A stretch of 64,000 bases of DNA from Oopsacas minuta (Eukaryota; Animalia; Porifera): contig JAKMXF010000332.1 in NCBI GenBank assembly GCA_024704765.1, forward strand, positions 292,018 through 356,017, given 5' to 3'. This document shows, piece after piece, positions 48,934 to 61,878 of this stretch. The notes beneath the pieces are model-generated. The model ran no database searches and was not told the DNA's origin. It saw nothing but the letters and a program-made list of their open reading frames with translations. Numbering within the stretch: the stretch's first letter is position 1; every line of letters starts with the position of its first letter. Both the position numbers and the translations under genes were made by a program.

Positions 48934-51900
48934 TATAACAATATATTTATCATTATAGTACTTGTTTCGAGAAATAATATCCGAATCAAATTATTCATCA
49001 TGTCAATATTCCTCAAATACATAAATACAGTTGAAAACGACTTCCCTGAGGGCCGCCGCAGCTAATTAAAGCTTATGGGTGTCCATGATTATAAATTGTG
49101 GTAACAGCCTTTACCATAGAGGATAATGCAAAGGTCATTCATAGCAACGGGTATTCGGACACACAGGGTGGCGCTGTCCTTCCTCGTGTTTTTCATGATC
49201 AGATTGTAAATAATGCGGGAATTATATACATACTATTTCCATAGGTATATTCTTACTATTGGTATTCTTCTTACCACATTTTCCTAGATGCAAATATGCA
49301 AGGCCGTCGGAAGCCCATGTTAGTATTATAATATAAATTGGGAGGCCAAGGCCACCAAAGTCGCCCTGCTTCTGAAGGCCCTGCCAATATGTAAGAAAAA
49401 CAGGGTTCAATTGTAAACCCAATTAGATCCAGCCATTGGGGTCCACGGGTACCATGTGAACTCTCCCAGTCTGCCCTTGTGATATGAAGGAATGATCGCT
49501 ATTGAGATCGATCAATATTAACATTCGTCTCGATCTATATTCAATATCGCCTACTGGGGAATAATATTTTTGGCAGGAAAGTGGATCTAGAAACAGGAGA
49601 AACAATATACCGAAGGGAAATGAATGCTAATCCTTCATTATATATAATCTAAGCAAGAAAATATAATTATTTCTAATTAGAAGTTTCAACTGTACTAAAT
49701 CAGAATTTTCTGGCTCTTTTGTACTTGAGGTCATTAACCAAACCTCTGACTTTTTGATTTAAGTCAAATTTAGCAGATATATGTCTACTCTAAAATGTTA
49801 TTGTCTCTTAATAATTGTATTGCCGAATGAAAGCGATATACCAATAATATTCTTTTGAATCATATTTAAATTATATTTTGAATTTTGTAGAGATAATTTG
49901 GTACCAAAACTAAGTTTAAATTATTGTTTAAAAGATTAGTGAAGAATCCCTCTGGTGAGGAGCTAGACTTTAAAAACCCCAATTAATGAAGTCATCGTGG
50001 CCAAATGATCAATAAATATGACGGCTGAAATCTAAATAGTAGAGACTGGACGGAAACTAGCCAACTGTGAAAAATATGAGTGATATCACAGCACCCGTCG
50101 GAAGTGCCTTGACCAGGAATATACTCCGGATAATATATTCATAACATTTCCGCTACTTTGTGAATTTCAGGCACGTAGTGTCGAATATATCCGGTAGCAT
50201 ATGACTACAAGCAGTAAGAAATTTCTGTTTCATACTTAATGGTGACCAATTTTGCTCTATTTATTAGTGATAATGATCAAGAGTGTTTCACAGAGGTACC
50301 AAACGATCAACAATATCAAAGTTAATACTTTGGGTTCACCATACAGTGCTTAAATTGCTTTAGGGGTCTGCGTCTAAAAGAAGTGAAAATGCTGGTTTTT
50401 GGTGTCGTTAATAGAAATTCTTCTTTTAATTGGAAAATGCGCTTAATCGGGATAAACTGCTTAGAACCGAGGGGGCCAAAATTTTTGGATTCCTGAGAAT
50501 AAAATTTCTTACAAATTAGTATATTCAACCAACAACCTTATGGCACATTATCTTTATCAAATATTGTTGAAATAACAGTGGTTGAAGGAAGAGGCTATAA
50601 ATATTCTCTGGTTAAAGCACATTTACATTTGTATTATAAATGGGGAATGGGAAGTTCGCAGGAGATTCGGCGATCCGACCTCTCCAACTTAAAGAGGTTC
50701 TACTGTATTTTTATAGAAAAATTTTCCGATAAGACCTAGTACTTCGGTTAATGGATACAAATGTTTGTTTCGCGAATGGTAGCAAAATTTTGGTTCTTTT
50801 GTTTTGTATAGTTAAAGAATTCCTATATATCTAGGAAGATAATAGATAAATTGAATATCAACTAGCGGGCTTCGCTCGCAAAGTTGTTTGACAGCTTTGT
50901 GATTTAGCTTAAGCAGAAATTTGTCCAGGTAAAGCTTTTTCGAAATTGTTCAGATCACGAGGAATCTCGTCTTGATTGAGTTACTAGTATTCATTCAATT
51001 AGTAGAGTTTGTCTCGATTAACACAAAATTTTAGTATTAACTTTGATGAACTTATGTTCCTGGATAATGTCACAATTATGCTAAGTTCACTGTATTATAC
51101 TTCTAGGTATACAACGCTTACAAACCAAAATGTTAAAGCACTAAGATCAATACTTGGCTAGTATACTTTATTTAGTCGGCACAGTAAACATACGAAGGCG
51201 CTCATTTCAATACTGGTGCATTATAGTACAGTATAGTCGGCACAGTAAAACTGTACAAAATATAGCAGAGCTGTATGTAAGAATTTTATTATAAAAACTA
51301 CATATACGTATATACTACATACATCTCGGAATTGCAAACTGGATTCAAAATCGCTTAACACAACAGTGGCTAATTAGACTAGAGAGTAAATGATAAATTA
51401 TAGTCGAATCTGCAAGTTACTAACACTTCTGGACAAGGTCATTATACGATTAAGCGGAATAAAGTATTGATCCCATGAGCCGGGGAAGATTAACAATATT
51501 CGAATGTTTCTGGTTAGGAGAGTAACGAATAATCGATATCCGTCAGTAAGCTTTTAATATCTTCAAAGGAAAATACAATCAAAATTCAAGATACATGAGC
51601 GTTTTCGTGAACGAATAGATAATACCGACATCATGATGGGACCATTAAACTACAAGACACACAAGCCTCTGCTTCGTTAAATTCATAAGAACTGAGCTCC
51701 TCTTATAATACAGCTAGCGTCAACGGTAGGGTCGTGAGGAACAATGGGAATCCCAGTATGGGGGCTGTGCAATGTTTGATAGCCTGGGTTTTGAGAAACC
51801 CTATGAGAAAAGAAAGAATACTTATCACAATATCATCAGTATTACTTACTGAAATGTTACAGTAATACAAATAGTAAGCAAGTACTTTACTATTTGGAAG

Positions 51901-52069
51901 TTTTATCGAGGGTACTAGCTAAATACACTTTACTCTTTGTTCGTGTGAAAATTAGGAATTTATACATGGATCACAAAATACAATGCCTGCATGAAATTTT
52001 TAACTAACCTCATTGTTTGGATAAACAAACAAACGAACAAAAATTTGATTAAGAATAAATATCAGATTA

Positions 52070-52236
52070 CAGTAGAACCTCTTTAATACGTACACCAAGG
52101 GACGGTCGAGATTTGTACTCCTTATCCGGAGTAAAAACAATTGAATATCCATTGTACGGACTAAAATTGTGTAAAATTCTGTTCGTCTTAGCCGGAAATT
52201 CGGATTAAATGCGTTCGTATTAGCGAGGTTTCACTG
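52070..52236. mobile_element. Tigger/pogo-type MITE
   Basis: TA|CAGTAGAACCTCTTTAATACG ... CGTATTAGCGAGGTTTCACTG. Confidence 0.55.
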
Positions 52237-52666
52237 CAGATTGATTTCCAGAAAGAATATGTCTCAGTGTTTCTCAACCTTATTCGAAGTGCGGCATACT
52301 TATCCATCAATATTCTTCAAGGCGCAACTGTAAGGTGAATTAAGGGTATTATTCAACTTGAATATATCCATGGTGTAAATTTTAGAATCATATGTACGTA
52401 TATTATATAAGTAAATATTGATGTGAGAGGAGCAATTCTTCTAGACGTTTAGCAATTTCATGTACAAGGAACTAAGCAAACTAAGCCATGAATGCATTTT
52501 AATTAAACAAATTATATATATGAAGGGAAATTGGTTGGTACACTTAACGTATTAATGTATCAGAAACATTTATTTACTATAGCAGGGCATGAATACGTAT
52601 TCAAGATTCATCTAGAAATGGACAATAATCTAATCAGGGATAAATAAATATATATATATATATCCA

Positions 52667-52999
52667 CTAAATCCTCGAAGGATACAACATAATCTTAACA
52701 GAATGCCCCATGGCAGTAGCCGGGAGATTTCTTCTAAACTTTGCGCGAACTACACCTCGATTGCCATGAGATTTGATAATGCGTCCCCAAAGAACTTTGT
52801 ATTTGCTGGATTTCTCTTGGCCGCAGCGTGTTCTCTTTACTCCACCCTTGTAAATATAAGCCAATCGCTTGCCAAGATAAAAATGAGTTCCTTTCATATC
52901 ACTAACCCCTTCTATCTGAATAAGGGAAGTTTGTGGATGTTGATTTCTAAGGCCACGTTTATAACCAAGAACTTTACCTCTGCAATAAAGACGAGTCAT
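52667..52999 (-). CDS. RPL35A: 60S ribosomal protein L35a (eL33)
   Basis: Intact 110-aa ORF with GYKRGLRNQ, L.QIEGV, FYLGKRLAYIYK, WGRIIKSHGNRGVVRAKF..NLP..AMG..V.IMLYPSRI. AATAAA downstream at about 52570. Confidence 0.95.
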   Translation of the reverse strand: MTRLYCRGKVLGYKRGLRNQHPQTSLIQIEGVSDMKGTHFYLGKRLAYIYKGGVKRTRCGQEKSSKYKVLWGRIIKSHGNRGVVRAKFRRNLPATAMGHSVKIMLYPSRI

Positions 53000-53005
53000 A
53001 ATAAT

Positions 53006-53218
53006 CTAAAAAGAGAAGTAAATCGGAGATACATAATCAATGTATGAATTATTAGTAGAATAAATAGGAATGAATTGTGCAAGGTTGATCTACCGGTGAT
53101 CTGGTTCGTGTATGCATACTTTCAAGTAAAATAATATTTGTGAGTCGAAGGTTTGTGACTAACATTATTACTGAACAAGTTAAAAAATTACTAAGTCAAA
53201 AATACTCTGTCCGGTTAC
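53006..53218 (-). other. RPL35A: putative 5'-UTR intron of RPL35A
   Basis: Strong acceptor TTCTCTTTTTAG 6 nt before the ATG. The donor GAG|GTAACC at 53218 is only a candidate. Confidence 0.4.
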
Positions 53219-53313
53219 CTCAGAATACCGGCTGAAACGAATTCTCTAGCATCATTTGAATTACCAGGGGACATGTGTGAAAATATGGTTAATCATATGA
53301 TAAATACGGATGT

Positions 53314-53315
<2 letters not shown>

Positions 53316-53347
<32 letters not shown>
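53316..53347. repeat. (AT)n microsatellite
   Basis: Uninterrupted AT run; shorter runs at about 8590-8613 and 52648-52663. Confidence 0.9.
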
Positions 53348-53351
<4 letters not shown>

Positions 53352-54252
53352 ATAGGTGCACTCTCAGCACTGGGGCAACATGCACCTGGCGCAATGTAAA
53401 AATAGGTGGCGAAAAATGTGCAACCCTGCCTACGCCACATTCCATACAGAAGGATAATAATTACATCAAATTACAATATACGTACATAGATTGTAGCCCC
53501 CTAGATAATAGAAACAGGACAAACATACGTATACACGCAGAGAAACAAATTGAGAAACATTATGAGATTAAAAAATATTGATAGTAAAGTGGTTTTAATG
53601 CAAAGAATAAACAAAAAATAGATTTCATTTTTAATGGTTTAAACTCGTTCTTGGTTGTTTGAATAATGTTAATTTCAAATTTCAATTCGATCGAATACAT
53701 ATAGCTCTCACAATATGAATTAAAAGAATCAATCAAAAATAGTTCTATTTACGGCTTCAGTGATGCTAATGCTAGCATTAATTTAAGTGTATTTGAGCGC
53801 GTCACAGAATTCTCCGAATCAAATGTATTTTATTTCCTCAACACAATTCAGTTATGCTAAATCTGATTCCTCATTTTCGTCAGCGTATCTTCACTACATT
53901 TGGATTCAAAGTTGATTTGATTAATGGTACTTCAGAGGTACAATAATTTTAAAAAGAACTTCCAGGTGACCGCAAAAAAAACACCACAAAACACCACTTA
54001 GAAATTAATTCCAAATGGCATAATAATATCTAAAAGACATATCAAAATGATACGCCCCGAAACAGTGTGCAACATGAAAAATTTCAGCGAATTCCATTGT
54101 CGCCTTTTTGTTGCTATGCAATTTATATGCTAAATTTATCTACTCGATTGCAACATTCCAATTACCAATAAATGTAATATATAAATACATGATTAATATG
54201 ATATTAACAAATTGAATTTGCTTATAATCAACCGTTTTCTACGCTTTTTTCA

Positions 54253-57200
54253 ATGACTCAAGAACTAACTTTCCCTAACTCTCATCTTGAATTTGGGAAG
54301 ATTTTGAAAGACAATAACAACTGTATCTCGAGGACACTCAGTTTCTTTGAGCAGAACTTCCAAATGGACTTCGAAGAAAGGAAACAATTGGAAGCAACGT
54401 TCCTCCGAGTAAGAAGCAGGATCAGGAAGGCAAAGAAATCGCTAGATTGCTTAGAGGGAGACTGGTGGCATTGTGGTATATACATGGAACCAGAGTTGAA
54501 GAAGAACCATTTTTATGATACCGTTGAGCTATCCTCAGATGATGAAGAAGTCATATCCACACTCTCTGCAAACCATAGGAAGAGTATTGACAATCTCACG
54601 ATGCAACAACTATGCTTACGACTCTCAAATGTCTTGGAATCTATCAAAGCACTCTCAATCGTTGAGAATACTTCAGAAATCAAGATAGCTGCACTTGCCT
54701 TGCAACTACTATCGAACCAAACAAAACAGCGAGAAATAGCTAAAGTTTCAAAATCTGTAGTCTATGACAAGTTTTCGGGTCAATTCGGTAAAATGTTGAA
54801 GAAGAGCTCGATGTTACCAAGACAGTGTCCCTTGTAGATCTCCTAGAAATTGGCAGGGAAATACACACAACTCCGACATCACTTGCTATCTAGCGATATT
54901 CGTTTCCCGGCATACTATAGGGTAATAGAAGAAAGAAACAGTATAATTTTTACGGTCGGATATTCAGATGTATCCCAATCCTGAAACTCCACTTGGTGTA
55001 TATATGACACAGGAGTTTTTAAACAGTGAGTCGCGAGAGCTTTTTCAGTGGGTCGTGGAAGGTAGGAATTTTTACTGAATTTCAGTGATTCTATTACTAT
55101 TAATTTGTGGTTAGTGTCGCATTGCGTAATTAGAAACCCTATTGTCATTATATGACATCATTGTATTGATTATGAAATAACATAGAAGAAATAGAATCTT
55201 GAAGGAATACATACAATTCGTGACATGTCACGAATTGTATGTATTCCAATATTGAAGTGTAATAGTTTAATAAATAATCTATGAAGTCCAGGCTTGTATG
55301 TACAACAAAGAATTATATAAAGACATTTCTAGGCCTTTCAACTTTAACAAGTCCTTCTAATCGTATTTTTACTTAAATGGCAACTAAACGTGCTCCGAAG
55401 CGTGCGTACTCAGATGATTATCTGAAATTTGGAATTACAAGTATAGTAATTGAAGGTATTGCAAAACCACAATGCGTGATATGTCTGAAAGTATTATCTG
55501 CAGAGTCTATGAAGCCGTTTCAGCTTAAAAGACATTTTGAGAAAGAACATCCAACACATAATGACCGAGATGTTTCTTTCTTCCAAAGACAATCTCAATC
55601 TGTCAAGAAATCTAGACTTGATACGACAGGACAGACAGCTATCACTATAAGAGCCGCAGTTGAAGCACCATATGTTGTGTCACTACGTATTTCTAAATCT
55701 AAGAAACCCCATACTATTGGTGAAGAGCTAGTTTTGCCCTGCATGAAAGACATTGTGCGCATAATGATTGGAGCAGATGCAGTAAAAAAACTAAGTTCGC
55801 TGTCAATTTCAGATAACACTGTTCAGTGCAGAATTCAAGAAATGTAAGAGGATATTAAGAACCAAGTTGTGGAGCAAATCAAACAGTCACCCATCTTTGT
55901 TTGGCAATTAGATGAGTCAACTGATGTTTCTTCTTGTGCTCAGCTGATGATATATGTACGTTATATCCACGATTCTAACTTCAAAGAAGAGTTCCTGTTT
56001 TGTCAGCAACTTGATTCTCAAACACGTGGAATTGATGTTTTCAACGAAGTAGATACCTTTTTGTAAAAGAAGGTCTCGATTAGAAAAAAGTTGGGCTGTT
56101 TGCACAGATGGCGCTCCTCTATGTTGGGAAGCCATTCTGGGTTCCAGACACGCGTTAGACAGTTTGTCCCAGATGTGATAACAAATCACTGTATGATTCA
56201 CCGAGAAGCCCTTGCAGCGAAGACTTAGCCAGCCTCGCTAAATGTTATCTTGCAAGAGGTAAGTAAAATAATCAATTTCGTTAAAAGTAGCGCACTCAAC
56301 ACTCGTCTCTTCAGAAATCTTTCTTTAGATATGGATGCTGCGCATATGAATCTGTTATATCACACTGAAGTTAGATGGCTTTCAAAGGGCAATGTTTTGA
56401 AACGTGTTCTAGACCTCAAGGAAGAAACAACAGAATTTTTAAAACTCCAAAAGCGGACGCATTGGCATGATTTATTCGAAAATCACGAATGGATTACTAG
56501 ACTTTGTTATCTTTGCGATATTTTTGAAAGACTCAATACTCTGAACCCCTCATTGCAAGGTAAAGATAGTAATATTATGGATTTTGTAGACAAGCTTTCT
56601 GCCTTTCAAGCAATGCTTGATCTCTGGAGAAACAAGATAAATAGTGGTAGGATTACAATGTTTTCTCACCTCTGTAGCTATGTTGAAGATTGCGAAATTA
56701 GTATCAGCGAAGCTTTGCAAAATGACATTGCAACGCACTTGCAATCACTTAAAGATGAATTCTCTAGATACTTTCCAGAAACAACAAAATCCAAATTTAA
56801 TCTTGTGCGAAATCCTTTTCTGGCCAAAATAGATGACTGCATTCCTGATAATCACGCTGCAGCACAGGAGGATTTCATCAAACTTGTAAACGATTCAGGA
56901 GCACAAACATTATTTTCAAGAGTTGATTTGCCATCTTTTTGGAGTTCTATGCTTGGAAGCTATCCAATAGTATCACAGATTGCCCTGAAGTTACTCATGC
57001 CATTCCCCTCAACTTATTTGTGTGAAGCGGCGTTTTCTAGCATGCTAGTAATCAAAACTAAGGCTAGAAATAGACTTGATGTCGAACCAGATCTACGCTG
57101 CTGCTTAGCAATAACACAGCCTAGAATTCAAAAGCTAGTTGATGAAAAACAACATCAAAAATCACATTAAATAATCATGTGTGATAATTATTAGTATTTA

Positions 57201-58791
57201 GATATAGTAAATTTACATTAGAATAATATATACGAATTAAGTACATACATTTTGAAATTTACGTTTTGGTTATGCCTTCATCGGTGGGGCGCGAACGCTT
57301 TAAAAGTTGGAAAGTGGGTCGTGGTCAGAAAAAGGTTGAAAACCCCTGATATATGCCATATGCCCATCACGTCCGCCATACTTTTTGCAGGCTTATGCCC
57401 ACGCTACCGCCACCTCCAGCTCAAGATTTTCCCCTGCAATTCCAGATAGCAGACGGACTAGATGGCTCTGGAAGTCACACTGTATATAATCAATCAAACA
57501 CGAATACAGATACTAAGTCGTTTATCTTATTCTGTTTCAGGGATATAAAGATAATAAGCAATAGCAGTCGCGAACTCTTGGAAAAATAACACTCCCAATT
57601 CTCCTTTTGCTCAACGTCCGATTTTCTAGATCGCTGCGAAAGAAAACGAAGCTAATATCAAGCGATTTATGGACGATCTAATCAATACTGATACTGACCA
57701 GATGAGAAGTGAAGGATTTATTCTTGCCCCTGATCAGTAAGTACGAGTCGACATTGTTCGGTCAATGCTTAATGGGAAAATGGCAGGAATTCTATCTTGG
57801 GCAGGTGGGGCAAGTTGTCAATTATGCACAGCAACACATAGGAACTCAGTGATCGTGAGCTGATATACAGGGATTTCCTATCATCAGGCACATTACTGAT
57901 GCAATTGAACTTTTCGGCGAAATAGAAGACAGCCATTCGTTCTTCTCACTTCCTTCAAACCAATATTGTATCATAACGCACGAACCAACCTCAACAATAA
58001 ACATCCTTCCAGCATCTCCGTTACACTCGTATACTGGCATTTTCAGGTGGTTCAATCTATTAATTTATCATTTAAATTGTTGAAAACGTACATGGTCACC
58101 GAGATCTCTGGCGATAAAAAATTAAATGATATTTGTCAGAAATCTGATTGAAGGGAAGACAGGAATGAGGATAGATCAGCTGAATGCAAGTGGAGGTACT
58201 AGCTCTACTGGTAGTGTAGTTCGTCGAGCATTTTCCTGTGATTCGAAATACGTTGAGTGTGTATTGTCAGTTGTTGAAACAGAACACAAAGAAACACTCT
58301 CAAAACTACATACACACTTGTCAGCTATTCTTCGAATAATCAATTCAGGCAGGATCATTTACACCGTGGTATTTGGTGATCTATGCACCGATACATATCT
58401 CTTGATCGTTGATTCATTACCTTGGGTGAGCATTACCCCAACATTACACAAGGTATTAGCTCACTCAGAAGAAATTTTGAAGAGTTCAACCTTGGCCGAG
58501 ATCTGAAAAGTTTCTCAGAAGAGGGATCCGAGGTATGCAACAAGTTATAAGAAAGTATAGGGAGAATCTTGCAAGGAAGTCTCATTTGAAGATAATGCAA
58601 TGGACATTTTCGTGAGACTGGCCCCTGAAAGTGACCCTGTATTGAATCAATTTCGTTCAAGTTTAGTTTGTGAAAGGTGTGGGGAGCACGGCCACACCAA
58701 AAGAGCAAAGTGTTGTAGGGATACTACCGAAAATAAATTACTAGATTCTTCCATAGACGAAATTGTTGATTCACTTATAATTAATTTATAG
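54253..58791 (+). pseudogene. Transib/RAG1-core-like transposase, copy 2, split by a hAT insertion
   Basis: GLDGSGSH (D1, 57461), SMLNGK (D2 mutated to N), GASCQLC, GGTSSTG.VVRRAF, TPTLHKVLAH, FSEEGSE.CNK, SDP, then CERCGEHGHTKRAKCC. The frame GVY|MPYAHH is restored on removing the hAT. Confidence 0.8.
55010..57348 (+). mobile_element. hAT Buster/ZBED5-like element with lightly disrupted transposase (55377-57170)
   Basis: TIR CAGGAGTTTTTAAAC / GGTTGAAAACCCCTG; TSD about ATATG(A/C)CA. BED finger (C..C..LKRH..H), QLDESTD, CTDGA, HCMIHRE, TEVRWLSKG and STYLCEAAFS; two stops and one frameshift. Confidence 0.92.
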
Positions 58792-61700
58792 ATTCATTAA
58801 AATGTAAATCTATATCACTCTTATCCAAATACTATGCAGTGTAATAGTATATATACAGAGTAGGAGATTTTTCTTATGAGGTGGAAATTTCTATGAGTTT
58901 TATTAAATAGTTTTTAACTATGACGTCATCATAATCTGTGATAACGTCATATCCAGAATTCTAGAAGCCATAGAAGAATTTTGATTATCCCATTCGATTC
59001 CCCGGATACGATAACCTATTCGCAAATACTACATTGCATATTCCTACTGGTACTAGAATACCTATTCTCTACTAACTCCCATTTTAAACCACTATGGATA
59101 GATATAGTAGAACTCCGATAAACGTACCGCCCTGGAAACGAAAATTTGTACGGCAGTACGTCTTAAGCTGGTTATGTACTAACCTAGTTCTACAATATTA
59201 TCCTAAATCAATTACTAAGAGTTATGGAAAATCCAAGAATTAAAATAATGTATAGAAAAGAATTCACCTACATTAGCCTGCAAACGATAATAGAAACATA
59301 AAGAATATCAAAATAACAAATTAAGGTTGTAGAGATTTTGATAATCTTCCGTGGGTAGTTAAAAATCATGCAGTGTAAAATTTTAGAGGAAAAAGTTGGA
59401 TCCTAATTCGACAAGGATAAACTATCACATTACATCCTTAGGACATGTGTGACACTAATGAGAAATCCAAGAAAAAACTCTTTACCCCAATCCAAACGGT
59501 GAACTAAATTCACGAATACAACAATAAAGGCATTTTAATCAACTAATTCGAAAAACCTTCTACTCTTGTGGTCATGCTAAAATCGTTTCATAATACACCT
59601 ACCAAAGACCAGTGGGAGGCCAAACATCCAAACAACTAGCCAACGCCATTTCTGTTACCAATCTACTTAAAATATATCTATAGATATTCCAACCCTCACT
59701 TATATTTGTATTTAATATCATAATTTTCATTCAGATTTAGATTTCTTTTTCAAACTAAAATATTGATATTTCATGCTTAAATTAGACAATGTTGGCTAAT
59801 ATTCACTATGTCATACTGGTAACTGAATTCAGTACTGGCATCTCAGCCGCAGATAAGGATTCTTTTTTGAAAATACACAATAATGTCATAATTTCGGCAT
59901 ATGTACGAATTTTCTTCTAAGACTCGAACTTGTCCGAGCCAAGTTCCTAGCTCTCCTCTTCCCGAATTTTCTTCAGCCTAATTTCTAAATGTTATGGGAT
60001 AGGGAAACATCCTCAATTTTCACATTCCTAAATATAATGTAACCGAAAATCATACGCCTAGAGAAGCGTGCGGCGCTCATAGTAGATAATCCCTTTGATC
60101 AAATATTGATGAATATCGATGAAAATTTTGATGAAAACATTGATAGTTTTATGATCGAATGAATGAGATTGTCAACTGGAATGCAATCGATCTGCATCTC
60201 AAGGAGAAACTAGATAAAATTCTAAAGAAATTAATTGATAAAGGTTGATGCAAATATCAATAAATAGTGCTGAAATAATCGACAAATTCTAGATTATCGA
60301 TATCGATTTGATTGTTATGGACAATTTCGATTGCTATAAATTTGATTATTCGAAGTGATTTATGGATGGGATCGGATTGTCATACTTGGTATCTATATGT
60401 ATTAGTTTGTTTGGAATTACGTGAAGAATTAGAAAACCCTAAGGCTGATTTTTTGGCATATATGGATATTTGGGCGTGGAAAACCCTATATCCCCTGCCC
60501 TGATAAATACACACCTCTGCTATTACAGAAGCGTCAGAGGGAAATTAATTTCCGCGGCCAATTCATTCTTGAACTCTTGTACAGATCCACAACTTCATTG
60601 TCTCTTAGCTAGAATGATTGAACTCCCTCCAATTATTCCCGCTCTCTACGCTTGCACTTCAAAATAGATATGCATGCCGACTACAATTACTAGTCTTGCC
60701 CGGTGCAATAGGCTATCAAATATTTCAGCATATAGATTTAGTACCATAGATGTACCAATGTGTATAAAGCGAAACTTTTCGTTTCGAAGACCCGACTACT
60801 GAAAATTTGTCAAAGATTTACGTCTATACCTCATATTTATCGTGATAGGTTTGTAACAACTACACATTTGTGTGTTTTTGATTATGTCAAATGTATTTTA
60901 TATAATCAACAAATCGATTTTGCAAAATCAATAAATCAATTTACAAAATCTACATGACATTATATTAGTGTAGGAATCTATATGTCCAGTATCTTTGTAA
61001 TTTGTATTGAAGTTTGCTAGGACATATAAAAGGGCTATAGACGTGTGGGATCTGTTGTTCTGTTGAGTATTTACGCACAGGGATGTGTAGGCTGGTTGGG
61101 AGTTAAGCCATTTACTAAAGCAAATATTTATAAAATCATAATATCTAGTTTGCAAAATCGACATCTGAGTGTTTACTTTGAAAAAGCAACATGTTGGTTC
61201 TGCAAAATATACATTTCAAACATTTCGATATTACGAACCTAACGTTTTACAAAACATTTTTAAGTTTGTATGTTAATTTTTCAGAATCGACATAACATAT
61301 AAGTACTTATATGTAATTATTTAAAGTAGAGTCTTCGAATAACGGACACATTAGGGACATAACATTTGTCCGATATAGAGAAAGCTCTGCTTCTCGGAGA
61401 CTCTTCTTCATGATAACAATTCAACAATTTTTGATAAATATATAAAAATTAAATAAGATATTTCCATACTGTCTATCGTCAATTCTGGTTCTGATAATAA
61501 CATCAATTTTCTCCATCACGTCTGGTTCTTTGGAATTCTGATTTCAATATTCGATATTTTTTGAAATTTTCTCACAATATTATCTTATAGATTCAGGAAT
61601 TGAAACATATTCTCCAAATATGCGTTCAATGACATTCCTTTGGGAAGTATGCGGTATGTGATTCATTTTTGTATTTTAGCCAAGTAATTTGTCTAACGGC

Positions 61701-61878
61701 ATCCAAACTATTTGAATTTTATAGGTTTCGGTCAGGCCACCCACTGCATTCGCCATGATTTCACAAACCTATACTGTCCTAATTATTCTAGCCAGCTATT
61801 TGTCTTGTTTTACAGCTTCTAATAGTTGGTAGGCATACATCCTAAGAAGCTAATTAATTTGTTAGATATTGCCAAATA

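Noticed and set aside
51600-51800. Possible Gypsy RT/RNase H junction fragment (TAPILGFP..VDAS) on the minus strand
   Set aside because: Too short and frameshifted to support as a feature.
58800-61860. RAG2-like (kelch/PHD) partner gene downstream of the RAG1-like ORF
   Set aside because: No kelch repeats or PHD pattern were seen in any frame; the stop-riddled frame at 61450-61860 is unassignable.
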